Shown here: one piece after another, positions 1 to 11,326 of the stretch
How positions within the stretch are numbered: the stretch's first letter is position 1
Layout of the letters: every line of letters starts with the position of its first letter
NCBI GenBank assembly: GCA_001687465.1
Contig: LVLI01001149.1
Location: forward strand, 1 to 34,001
DNA: 34,001 nucleotides
DNA from: Halocafeteria seosinensis
Lineage: Eukaryota
Direction: 5' to 3'
The notes under the pieces: model-generated
Seen by the model: the letters and a program-made list of their open reading frames with translations, nothing else
What the model was told of the DNA's origin: nothing
Databases searched by the model: none
Position numbers and translations under genes: made by a program

Positions 1-495
1 GTGCTGTGTTCCCTCACGGCGCATGTCAGCAAGGCTGCAGGAACAGCGGGCCCGTCGCTGCTTAACACGGGCGCATACCGCTCCTCGTTAAGAGGATGCG
101 GTCAACTTCCCGGCCGGTGGGCTATCTGTCACATTTGTGTGTGTGTGTCAGTAAGTACAGAACCTCCTGCATTCAACAAGACAAGGAGTTCCGGCCTCTG
201 GTCTTTCAGAATTTTGGTGGTATAGGCAATAGGGGATTGAACTTTCTTAAAGAACTCAAATCCCGACCTCCTTGCTTGCGAGTAAGTAATTCAGCACAGT
301 TTGTTGAAGCACTTCGTAAGAATCTGGGGTGCCTTCTCATGCATTCCAATGCCCACATGGTGTTGAGGTGGCTACACTTAGTACTCCCACCTACTAGAGG
401 TGGAGTGCGAGGACTTGATTAAGCTCCCTTTACAAGTGTACCATAGATAGATAATTATTATTTAATACACAAGCCTATTCACCCAAAAAAAAAAA
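1..495 (+). mobile_element. 3' remnant of a CRE-like (RLE-type) non-LTR retrotransposon, probably internally deleted, ending in an A11 tail; extends off the left edge of the window
   Basis: ORF 96-422 from ~150 reads KYRTSC...EFRPLVFQNFGGIG...FLKEL...LGCLLMHSNAHMV. This resembles the C-terminal part of the restriction-like endonuclease of CRE-clade elements (KY..C....F.P..FE.FGG.G ... LQR.NA). Stop at 420-422, short AT-rich 3' UTR, A11 at 485-495. Bases 1-117 match the reverse complement of 19423-19539 at 106/117, ungapped. Confidence 0.65.
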
Positions 496-530
496 GGTAA
501 TCACGGGAGCTGTTGTACAATGTCAGTCGG

Positions 531-2141
531 TTAGGTCCCAGTGTTTCTCTTAAACGAGACTTTTCTAAATACACGTCTCATAGTTGGCTTACCACATCGT
601 ACCAGCGGAAGTACCTTCACCCCCGTGATTTCCCCGGTGGCATTCGGTGTGCCAGCCTGCGAAGGACCTACCGCTGGGGTTGACGACGATTCACTTTTGG
701 GTTGGTCCTGTGACGCAGATGGTGTCGAGCTACTTGAAGGTGTTTCCGACCGCGTCGTTGTCGTTGATGGAGTTGATATCGGTGAAGGAGTAGGGGATGG
801 CGCCAACTGAAAGCGTAGAATTGGCAGATTCTTCTTCTCGTTGTCATCAACGTCACCTTGTCCTCCTTCACCTAAAGTCCATATGTCATCAGACCATCCT
901 CCAAGTTGATACAGTTGTCCCTGTATGTCCGTCAAATTATCCGAATTTCCTGTCTCTGCAAGGTTGCCGCCAGTATCCACTCCTACGATCGACGCTGCCC
1001 CTCCGTTGCCATCGTATGCCGAATAGCTCACTCCAATCGTACCACTTACTGTATGCCATATATGTCCTATAATCCCACCAGCATCCGTACCAGTGACTGC
1101 ACCTGATGCATATGTATTCGTGATGTATACGTAGCCTGTAGCATCTGTGCGGATTCCTCCTGTGTACCATCCTGTAATACCACCTGCTCCCGAACCACTA
1201 ATATCTCCTCGTGTATAACAATTTGTAACATGTAATTCACCCTCCTCGTTTCCTGCACCTGATCCACTAATTCCTCCACCAAATTTTGCAGATATTTGTC
1301 CCATACTGTAACATTCCTTGATATAAACGAATCCACGGCGTTGGCCAGCAATTTTACCCACAATACCACCACTGTCGTCAGCACCAGGAATGATATCTCC
1401 CGTGGAATAGCAACGAGTGATATACACTTGACCATTGGTATGACCAGCACCACGCCCACAAATACCACCTCCATTGTGTCCTTCAATATTCCCAGTGGAA
1501 TAGCAATCCGTGATATTAACAATCCCATGCTCGAATCCTACCCACTCCCCTGTAATACCACCTGCAGCTCCACCCAGTATCCTCCCTGTCGAATACGAAT
1601 TCGATATCTTGATTTGACCACTATCACGACCACTTTCATAACCACATATACCACCACTCCAAACACCAGCAATATCTCCTGAAGAGGTGCATGAATCTAT
1701 GATAAAGAATTTCTGCTTCTGTTGGACAATGAATCCACCCTTGAATGCAGTTGATCCATTTCTCACATCAAGATTCTGAATCAAGGGAGCTTGATCAAAC
1801 GATGCAACATTTTCCAGTACCTTAAATAATCCTGCGAAATCTGTTGTTCCGTTCAGATCTATTATGTGGCCATTCTGTCGGCCACCATCAAAGATCTCAT
1901 TCGCATCCAACGAAATGTAGTCGTCGTTCGCATACCCCTGATCGCCCCAATTCAACACACTACAATTCATTTCGAACTGGTTTTGGCGCCAATTATAATG
2001 GAAGCAGGATTCCTGTCCTTTCCGAATTGAGGAACGTAAATCTGTTGCGGTTACCTCTGCCACACTCGAGAGCGTGCAAGCGAACAACAACGACGTTAGC
2101 ATAGCCTTCGTCAGTGCAGCATTAATTGATGCAGTTCGCAT
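531..2141 (-). CDS. Secreted/surface GLUG-motif repeat protein (~536 aa, intronless) with a Ser/Thr/Pro-rich C-terminal stalk
   Basis: Lies within ORF 531-2927. The likely ATG at 2141 is followed by a signal-like segment (MRTASINAALTKAMLTSLLFACTLSSVA). Seven ~32-aa repeats of type CYSTGxIxGxxxGGIxG, then a PSPTPSPISTPSTTT stalk. Confidence 0.75.
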   Translation of the reverse strand: MRTASINAALTKAMLTSLLFACTLSSVAEVTATDLRSSIRKGQESCFHYNWRQNQFEMNCSVLNWGDQGYANDDYISLDANEIFDGGRQNGHIIDLNGTTDFAGLFKVLENVASFDQAPLIQNLDVRNGSTAFKGGFIVQQKQKFFIIDSCTSSGDIAGVWSGGICGYESGRDSGQIKISNSYSTGRILGGAAGGITGEWVGFEHGIVNITDCYSTGNIEGHNGGGICGRGAGHTNGQVYITRCYSTGDIIPGADDSGGIVGKIAGQRRGFVYIKECYSMGQISAKFGGGISGSGAGNEEGELHVTNCYTRGDISGSGAGGITGWYTGGIRTDATGYVYITNTYASGAVTGTDAGGIIGHIWHTVSGTIGVSYSAYDGNGGAASIVGVDTGGNLAETGNSDNLTDIQGQLYQLGGWSDDIWTLGEGGQGDVDDNEKKNLPILRFQLAPSPTPSPISTPSTTTTRSETPSSSSTPSASQDQPKSESSSTPAVGPSQAGTPNATGEITGVKVLPLVRCGKPTMRRVFRKVSFKRNTGT

Positions 2142-3501
2142 CCCGCAAGCCAGTGATGTTTCTGACTCTTGTGGATAATGTCTCAAGCGCTTCGTTTTGG
2201 TCTTAGGTGGCACTGGCCAACTCAACGTCTGTAACAAGGAAGAACAAAGAGTAGTGCTTCTCAAAGAGTTACTACTTGGAACTGGCGAATAAGCGTCTCC
2301 GGCAGAAACCAAGCTCAGTCTGTTCAGTAACGTGCAGATCCATGATAGAACTTGGACGGATGCAATGAGTAAGCTGAGTAAAACAAGTAGGGAGTCCTCC
2401 TTCGGAAGAGCCGAGTCATGGAATCCAACTATCACCATGTGCTCGAAGTTAAGCTCAACGATTGTTGAAAACTCGGGAACAATATGTCGATCACTTTGGA
2501 CTCGGTCTATATCATTCACCATCGTGCTGTGTCTTAAATAAACCATATCTCCTGGCGCTATGCATAAAAGGACAGCTGACTGGGTAATAAGAAAGCCAAA
2601 TCGCCCTTGGGAGTTATGCATAACAGCTGGCCGATTCCCATACTTGCTACTCCAACGACAAACGAAGTTGTTCGCTGCTGCATTTTCTCCGAGATATACT
2701 TTTGTCTCGTATGTCAGTATTAGTCGACAGGAACAACCTTTGAACATATTGGAATGAGACGCTCCCCATGGCTTGGATTGTTTCCCTTCAGCGGGATCTA
2801 TCACAACAGTCGTCCATGAGAGGATCTTACTTGTTGCCGAGTTTCCTTCAAGTATGTAATGCCCGTATTCCCAAGGTGCCAAGCTGTGGGCCTCTATTGC
2901 TAGCAACAACGAGTCGACGGAAACCAAATAACGTTGGATACGGTTGCTTTTCCGTTTACTGCGAACCGAATGCAGTTAAGGATGGCAGACCAACTTATGT
3001 CCCGATTGACTTACTGGTAGATTATGCTCCAAAGGTTTGCATGGAATTCATGCACCAGAATGCCACAACGAGAAGGGCCAGCAGCAGGAAATATCACGCA
3101 TTGCTCACTCAGCTTGGGAAAGTCCAGCGCCAGCAGCTCTGGATTACTGTCGGAATTAGTTCGGGAGCAAAGACGGACGGCCATGAAGGCAACTCCTAAC
3201 AACATCAGTGCCCATCGCAAGTGAACCAAAGGTGTTTTATGCTTTGAGGATCGTGTCATTGTAAAAGAATGCTTTTTGTTTGCTGCTCCCTTCTCGCTTA
3301 CTGTGGTGCCTGCTTTGCCGGTTGTTCAGAAGAATGTAACACGTTTTCTTTGAAATCCGCTTCTTTGATGCTGCATTTCAAACATCAATGCTGCATTAAG
3401 TTGCGTAGTGTCATCAAACCACCGTGATGCGCTGCCCCCCCGAGCGGCTCGAAGCGGAAAGCATTCTCCAAAAGGGCGTCTCGAAGGGGAAGACCAAGGG
3501 G

Positions 3502-4018
3502 CAGGGTTTGAAATCCGCGGGTGTACCCGCGACCCGCAACCACGAGCTCGCGGGTATCCTTACCCGCACCCGCCCGCGCTCCAAACCTTGCGGGTATTGC
3601 GGGTATAGTGAATATTGAAGAAAGTTTTGGTGTTTTCGCGATTCTAACCATGTATAAGTTCATATCAGCAGATACAGCGTTTTGGGATCATCATATACCT
3701 TCATCCTCGCTAAATGGTAGGAGCAGTAGAAGTGGGTCACACGAGTCAACGGAGTTCAGCCAGTGAGTCAAAAAGCTACAAAGTTGCAAAACTACTCAAA
3801 TACCCGTTTTGTACGGTAAAATCACGTATATAGTACCGTATTTGTCATACAATTACAGAAATGCTTAAAAAATAGAGTTCTAATGGCTGTAATCGGATAA
3901 AATTGGGAAGCTTCAACATCGGACTTTACCCGCATACCCGCCCGCGACCCGCAGGGTGCCAGGCCGCGGTACCCGTACCCGCCCGCGGGTAACCGATACC
4001 CGCAAATTTCAAACCCTG
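3502..4018. mobile_element. Non-autonomous hAT-superfamily DNA transposon (MITE, 517 bp)
   Basis: Perfect 13-bp TIR CAGGGTTTGAAAT (3502-3514) / ATTTCAAACCCTG (4006-4018). Exact 8-bp TSD CCAAGGGG at 3494-3501 and 4019-4026. About 8 (left) and 7 (right) subterminal ACCCG/CGGGT repeats. AT-rich interior with no transposase. Confidence 0.93.
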
Positions 4019-4099
4019 CCAAGGGGGCGTACAGCGTGCCGCTTGTGGGGGCAGACAAAGAGAAATGTGGACCCGTATCCAGCCGTTACAGTCATCCCG

Positions 4100-4453
4100 A
4101 TACACGGGGCAATGACCCTGCTTTGGGGCTGAATATGGGCGTGTGGACGTGCTGACCGCCCCTCGTGGTGATGTATACTTCGGGTGCCAAAGCGCTAATG
4201 GTAGATAGATTGTAACGCCAAATCCAGGTGGTGCACTGCCCTTTGCTTCTGTAGAACCTTCAAGTGTTCTCGCAAACAGGACAAAAATCCGGACATTTCT
4301 CTCCTTGAGGTCCCTGTGGATCACATCGGCCCAAAAAGCATCATACATGCAAAGTATGTGTAGCACTGCTTGAGTGTTGTGTGTTGAAGGTTTTCTGAGA
4401 TGTTCGTATCTCTGAATGTCTGTGACGTGTAAATGACGAAGCACCTGTTCCAC
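4100..4453 (-). pseudogene. Degenerate Ser/Thr protein kinase fragment
   Basis: ORF 3926-4453 contains VIHRDLKERNV (catalytic loop), GFG where DFG is expected, and TRPYSAPK where TRxYxAPE is expected. Kinase similarity is lost before the hairpin and MITE at ~4054. Confidence 0.6.
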
Positions 4454-5048
4454 GTGAATACATATGTATGTACATGTATTGCTAGTTAAGTTAAGTTAAC
4501 AGTTCCAATTTCATTTTCCAACTTGGTATTTGCATCAAGGATGATCAATTCCATACACTGTAAACACTGTGTACTATTCCGACCGCACGCGCCCGGACGC
4601 AGTAGGTATCTATTTAGATATATCATTGCCGAGTGTTGAGTCATTTCTTCGTGTACTAGATTAGCAGTGGTTCTTTGGTGGCTGACAGGAGGGAGCTACA
4701 TTGACATCTGCTTCGAATTCGGTATTGGGCTTGGGAGTTTCTACCAGCAGTGTAGCAGGATGGTGGGGTCCTTCGGGGAACTTTAGAACTGTTAGACCAG
4801 GTTTTGGAACTTGGTTTTCCCTTTGATGATGATGCCGAACTGGACCGACTACACAGATCTTGTACGGGTTTCTTCGCGAGAAGAAGACTCAAGCATGACT
4901 CAGTTTCGAGCATGTGCAGACTCTCAGATGAACGAACAAATGTGGTTTTCAGTCTTTAACCGCTTGTTGCATTATGTTTTCCTTCCGATTATTGACGAGC
5001 ATTCTCGTATGCTATCGCCTCATCAGAATGTAACAGTTTATATTTTAA

Positions 5049-6273
5049 TCACTCGCAGTTATCGATTTCAGTTTCTGATTCGTTTTCCCAATTATTAGGG
5101 CCATCACTCTTTTGCATCCGAGTGTAGTAACCGCCAACCGTAAACTTCCTTGATGCATGAAGTGAACTCGCTTCATAGTTCGGATCATATCTGGAGGCAG
5201 GTATCACTCTGAAATCAATTGAAACTCTGCTTTGGCCGGTTTGGTTCTTCATGTTGTGGTGGCGGAGCCTGGCAATGCCCACGGCAAAAATGAATGGCAT
5301 TAGAGTGGAATATCACACTCCCAAATAACTTACTGGTTTCCATAGAACCTAAAAAATTGCCCGTATTTCATTTCAACAGGTTTAAAATCTCCTTTATCTG
5401 GTTCGGTTTCGTAACAGCAGGAATTCGTTCCGAAGAAGTCAGTAAAGCCTAACATAAAATTCATCTCCCCACTGGGATGATCGTAGTCAGCATCTCTATG
5501 GATACCAATCCGGTTCACAGGGTCGTTGTATCCCGGCCTCCAGCCAATAGCTCTGCAGTCGTTATGAATGACGCGTTATCCTCCGTGTATAAGCCGACAA
5601 CATGCAATAAAATGGCAACGCACGTGTTGTTTGGCAAGTTTATACGCCATGTCGGGTCTTTTTGCACAACGAAATCTTCCTCGTCAAATATTGGCAGAAT
5701 GACTTCTCTCACAAACCTATAATAAAGCTGCGGGGTACCAATCATAGAATCGTGACACACGTGCACAACGGCGGTTCAAAATCGCTCGTCGCATCGTACC
5801 TGTTTGAGATCCTCGTAGTGAGGCGAATCATAATAAGCTCGATGGAATTTGGTTTTGGTGTCATTGTCAATAGTTAACTGCTCCCACTCCTCGCTATCAT
5901 CGAAGTAGCGATGCAGTTGGTGCAGCGGAAGGGGAAACTCGTCGAAAATTCTACGAAGGACGCCTTCAAAGTCATAATCCGCCGTTTTATCTGCACACAG
6001 ACGAGGAGACAATACACGTGAACTCAACTGCGAGATGCTACCGGCTGCTCAGGGTATCTTACAATTGTAGTAGGACTGTGTCTTCGTTAGTTGTTCAAAT
6101 GACACCCCGAGTTGGTCATCCACGGGAGCATATTGAGCGGAAGTGGCGGAGAGAGAAGTATTCCAATTGCTTCGGGTTCCCTCCTCTATCACTGCAGGGA
6201 CCTGCTTAAGACTTTCCACTGACTTTTGCGAGCCAGTGGAATCTTGACGGGCATTTCCAGTAGCGTTCATCAT
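5049..6273 (-). CDS. StrG-like (streptomycin biosynthesis StrG family) / 2OG-Fe(II)-type dioxygenase, 5 exons
   Basis: Splicing at GT..AG joins ORFs 6049-6324, 5776-6027, 5515-5766, 5330-5518 and 5049-5300 (first intron 5991-6062). Motifs: QKDPTWRINLP, IGIHRDADYDHPSGEMNF (HxD), RFYGNQLRHHNMKN (distal His) and RVSIDFRVIP. ATG inferred at 6273. Confidence 0.7.
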
Positions 6274-7103
6274 GGTCTCTGTCTCTCTATGAAACTCCTC
6301 AGTCGAACCAGTATACACAAACACAATTGAAAGGGCAGTCCGCTACAATCCCCAACAAGTTCCAATTTCTACTTGGTCAGGAAAAGGTACGTCAGACTCT
6401 GTTGGTGCCGCACTTGCCTTACGTACGTGTATGACGTCAATCCTGCGGATAAACAGGCACCACGTCAGAACACGCAACACACGATATACACAGTTCTTTC
6501 AGGCACATTTCTAGCACACCAGTGGCATTCACAACAACTCTTTTATGCCCCCATGCACACATCCACAACTCTCAAACTGTATGCCACGCTTTTTCCCACC
6601 TTCGAGTCACACGCGCCTTCGTACCTGTTAGGTCTCAGTTCAATAGCGTTGCCCACTTTATTGGCACGTATACGCTGGATTCTAACAACACACACACGCA
6701 CAAATGAATGACTTCTCTTAGACAGGAGTATACGGCGACCAACAATCAATACAGTCGGGAATACTAACCTACGGGCGTAGCGTAATACCTACTGTTTTCT
6801 TGATGTTCGCAACCCAAGGGAGCACGCGTCTCAACGAGTCAGTCACCTGGATCCCATGGACTTCTCTTCAAACAGCCGCTAAGCTTGGGCTTAAATAAAC
6901 GTGCACGATATCGGAGGAGTACTACTGTATTCAATTCAAACAAGTAAACGAGTAGTTACGCTGTACCAAGCGGCGGGATTATACACCACCGACTGCGGAG
7001 TAAACATCCTGGGGACTCCCGCCCAAAAATGCTTCCGTGGAATTGCAAAGAGCGGGAACGTGTACAATGTTTTAAAAAGATACATCATTGCGTGTAGTGT
7101 ATT

Positions 7104-8114
7104 CTACCTTTCTTGGCGCTGAAAGACCAAAGTTAGATTGCTCTTGGGCATCTCGATTTCCTCTTGGAACTCTAGGCTATTGGACTCTGCTTCCTTGATC
7201 ACATCTTCGACATTTCGGAGACCCTGTGGTATCTCAACCATGCTTTTGCAGCATCACTCGTAGGAGAGTAAACAAGGTGGAATTGCTACCTGACTTACCC
7301 ATGAGGGGTCCTTATCCTTGAGTCCCTTATCGAAAGATGGGTCGTTCTCCGATCTGAATTCACCATTCTTCTTGAACGGACCTGAAGAGATGCAAGGGTT
7401 GCGGATCCATGAACAGAGAAAATCGACCTACGAAAAACATACCGTATATGAAGAGCCAGCCCTTGTTTGCTAAGACTCTACTGGATCCTTGAATGAGTCC
7501 CGTGGTGGCTTCCCAAGGGGCAATATGTGTCAAGTTGGCACAGAACACCACATCGAAACTACTAGCGTCGTAGCCCCATGAAGAATTGGAGCTACCAGAT
7601 CGCAAGTCTAAATTGATAGGATCTAATACGTTTGAATGTTCGGATGCATATGCCTTGATGCTTTCAAATTTCGACACTTCATATTCAGATGTCTGGATCG
7701 TCCAGTTTCGCTGTTCGGACGCAAAATACGCAGCATGTTGCCCGTATCCACTGCACGTCACTCAAGACAGATAGTTAGTACTGGGTGGAACAGTAAGTTT
7801 CACGATCATCAGCCAGCCAATGCCTCCCGACGAGTATCTCAGAGGACACCGTGTGGTAGCCTACCTGCATACTTCCAAGAACCGCAGCTTCTTGTCTACC
7901 GGTAGTATTTCGCGGAGGACTTTCAGTAAGGGTTCTTTGTTCCTCTCCGTTGCGGGGGCTACCTGTACACAAACGCAATATCCCTACTGACTTGTTGGTA
8001 TTCAGAAATCCTGGTGTATAGCCAGCCATCTGTCGGGGCTGTAGCACCATCGATTTGCTCGTCCAGAACATGACCTTCACATACCTTCTTTAGTGACGAC
8101 GAGGACGACGACAT
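7104..8114 (-). CDS. METTL26: DUF938 family SAM-dependent methyltransferase (METTL26-like), 5 exons
   Basis: Spliced product: MSSSSSSLKK|VAPATERNKEPLLKVL...FLEVCS|GYGQHAAYFA...CANLTHIAPWEAT.GL...LFIYG|PFKKNGEF...SFDKGLKDKDPSW|GLRNVEDV...EMPKSNLTLVFQRQER*. These are DUF938 hallmark motifs. Confidence 0.88.
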
Positions 8115-8924
8115 TCTGCGTTGTTGTGTGTCATGTCGAATCGATCAGAATTATACAATCAATCTGTCTTTCTTGGGCGACTGTAGGCTTATTCATGGAC
8201 CATGGTCTGCCCCCCCCCCCCTGGTTGTGAAGTTGAACTTCCACTCGACGAAACCTGTCCGGATACGCCTCGAATACTCACTTCCTCCTGCGTCGATTGC
8301 TGAATCAGAAAGGGAAGCTGCTTTGTTGAGGAGAATGATTACTACCGAAGCGCCAAAATATGTGGAATAATTAATTTCCCAATAAAGCGTGGTAGGTATG
8401 CTACAGCCTGACCTGAAGCCTATCACCCAAGTTGTATTATAATGTGTAACATACATAAGATCTCATGATGCGGGACCGTGTGCTCTTGATAAAATCCATA
8501 AGTTTGTCCATATGGTCCAGTAGATACCGAAATATACACGTATGGAAAGTAAGCAGATATCTCCAGGTATTTTGCGGTGTTAAGCCTGGAGCATTGTTTC
8601 CCATCTCTTACTTCTAAGCCTATTTTCTCCTCTTCCTTCTTGATTTCGTATGAATTGGATACTGTCAAAGTGGGTCATTACCTTAATGAAATCGAGTCAA
8701 CTCGATAATCGCCTCGAGACCTTGAACTTGGAGGCTTCAAGCCGAAGTGGTCTATACAAGCTAATGGCCCAGGAATCCAGGATGTTGAGCCGAAATTGTA
8801 TTGTTCTCTTTTTTTTAGCACTGGTATCGTAGTGTCGCTCGTTTACTCGCGATATTGCTGACTGGGAAGCTCTCTTTTCATTGCTGTGTATTACGTATCT
8901 TTGCCCCCTTCGTAGACTATTAGG

Positions 8925-11270
8925 ATGCCCACGGATCTTTCCCAGAAATACGGAGACGACCATCTCCCTGCTGGTCTAAAGGACTACAAGTCCTGGATGA
9001 CTACCGTCAAGGATACCGGTAGTGGAGAGCACCATGAGAGTGACTTGACTGATCTTCTTCTCGAACAAGACCAGAAACATTTGTTCTCCGGATGGAAAGA
9101 GGGCAATCAAGATGTCGACAAGAAACATAAATTCTTTGAAGCCGTAAGTCAAATGTGCTCTTGTCTGTACGAGAATCAGGATACCGGCAAGAATGCTGTT
9201 TCTCTCTTTCGGCAGATTGCTGCCCTGGAATCAGGTTATCCCGGAGGACTTAGTGCCTATCTTGACAAAGCAAAAGAGCTATTGCAGGCATCGGCCTCGG
9301 GAGGCAACCCATTCAGTGGCTACAAACCAGAGGTAGGCGCTGATCACATGTTTTCGAGAAACTTGTACGTCTCGTCACTGGGTTGTCTTTTCAGGTTCCT
9401 GAGGGAGAAAAAATGGATTTCGGGGACGAGAAATTCCTGGAGATGGAACAAGTTGGGATAGAGAGCTTTAAAGGTATGGATAATATTAATTGGAAACCAC
9501 TGCATCTTCAAAAAGTCAAGTTTGGATGGGTATCTCGTCTCAGATTGTGCCCTGGTTCTTGTTGCTGGAGGCCTTGGAGAACGTCTCGGATACAACGGGA
9601 TAAAACTGTCTCTACCGGTTGAAATTTCCACGTCCACTTGCTTCCTTGAGCTATATGTCAAGACGATTCTGGCCCTTCAGGGTAGATCCAATGAACTCTG
9701 TGGCACGTCACGAAAAGTGCCGCTAGCTATCATGACGAGCGATGACACACACACATTGACTGAACAGCTTCTCAAAGAGAACAACTATTTCGGTGCCAGT
9801 CCGGATCAGATCCGGCTCATGAAGCAAGAGAAGGTCGCTGCTCTCATCGACAACGACGCACACATTGCGAGAGACGATAGCGATCCGTACGCTATCGTGA
9901 CCAAGCCTCATGGGCATGGCGATGTCCACACACTCTTGCACAGCACTGGTATTGCCGAGCAATGGGCATCAGAAGGACGTAAACACATGATCTTCTTTCA
10001 GGACACGAACTCGTTGGCTTTCTCTGTGACAAGTGCGGCGCTTGGTGTTTCTGTTAGTCGAGGATTTGAAGTCAACAGTATTGCGGTACCGAGAAAGGCT
10101 AAAGAGGCGGTCGGTGCAATTACTAAACTAGTCAAAGATGATGGCTCGACGCTAACGTGCAATGTGGAGTATAATCAACTAGAGCCTCTACTGAAGTATG
10201 TCACACTCCTGCACTGTCCCGACGTTCGGTACTTTTAAATTGCCTTTGAGCTCGCAGGTCCTCCGGTTACCCTGAAGGGGATGCCAATGACGAAACGGGG
10301 TACAGTCCATACCCGGGTAACATCAACCAACTAATATTCGCGTTGGAGCCCTACGTCAATGTGATTAAGCAAACCAAAGTAAGCGATTAGTTGTATTGGT
10401 GAGGTTAAAGCAACCTGTACTAAAGATGTTCGTCTAAACACTGTCGCAGGGTCTTGTACCAGAGTTCGTCAATCCAAAGTATGCTGATGAATCAAAAACC
10501 AAGTTCAAGAAACCTACGAGGTTAGAGTGCATGATGCAAGATCATCCCCGAGTACGTCGTATTCCTTTTCTAGCTCATTGTATATACTGACATAACAAAC
10601 ATATGACACAGGTATTGGGACGCGATGCTAAAGTAGGCTTTACTCAATTTCCTGACTGGACCTACACAGCAGTGAAGAATAGCATCGAAGACGCGAAGAA
10701 AAAACATGCAGATGGGGTTCCCATGAGAGCAGCATCGGATGGAGAGCGTGATTATTACTCTTATGGTGTCAAGCTCCTTCGGTATCAAGGCGCTAACGTT
10801 GAGGACGAAAAACCTCTTCATGTCCATGGGGTGGACGTCGATTTTCCGGCTAGAGTCGTGTTCGAGCCAAAGTTTGCCCCCACCTTGCATGATTTCCAGA
10901 AGAAGGTTCCTAACGGAGACAGGATCAATATTACTCAGCGCAGCACGCTAATTGTCAAAGGAGCAGATGTAACCATAGAATCACTGAACCTTGATGGTAC
11001 TCTAATTATCGAAGCCGCTCCAGGTACGTCCTTCTGCTGGCTCACCACATACTCTCCGTACTCACCATGGAGTCACCCTAAATTGCAGGTGCCAAGGTGA
11101 CTGTCAGGGATGCTAGGATATGCAATGATGGTTGGGAACTCACCCCGTTGCGGGAGAATGAAAATGTCCCCGAATACCTAGCCATTCGTGGTTTCAAAGT
11201 GACAAAACGTGAAGAGAAAGTGTTGCGCTTCGACGAACCTGGCAACCACGTGGTCGATGGTGAGGCGTAA
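8925..11270 (+). CDS. USP: UDP-sugar pyrophosphorylase, 8 exons
   Basis: Motifs [79 protein letters not shown] and [25 protein letters not shown]. Seven GT-AG introns (first 9144-9215). Stop TAA at 11268-11270. Confidence 0.95.
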
Positions 11271-11326
11271 GACCTCGAATGTTATGTCAATCGCGGTTTG
11301 CAAGGCTCAGGAACTAATATACGCGC

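Noticed and set aside
122..134. 13-bp match CTATCTGTCACAT also found at 29015-29027
   Set aside because: Several 13-mer matches are expected by chance in 34 kb.
2142..2927. First 262 aa of the 798-aa ORF as part of the GLUG protein
   Set aside because: Non-ATG start and no recognisable features. A signal peptide appears only after the ATG at 2141, so this is likely an incidental open extension.
2950..3060. PTYVPIDLLVDYAPKVCMEF resembling a chromo/chromo-shadow C-terminus
   Set aside because: Too short, and it lacks the key aromatic residues; cannot be supported without a profile search.
6990..7040. GVNILGTP resembling the RT thumb motif of CRE elements
   Set aside because: Isolated short match with no flanking RT motifs.
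8210..8221. Poly-C run and short ORFs in 8128-8900
   Set aside because: Simple homopolymer; the ORFs have no recognisable motif or consistent splice model.
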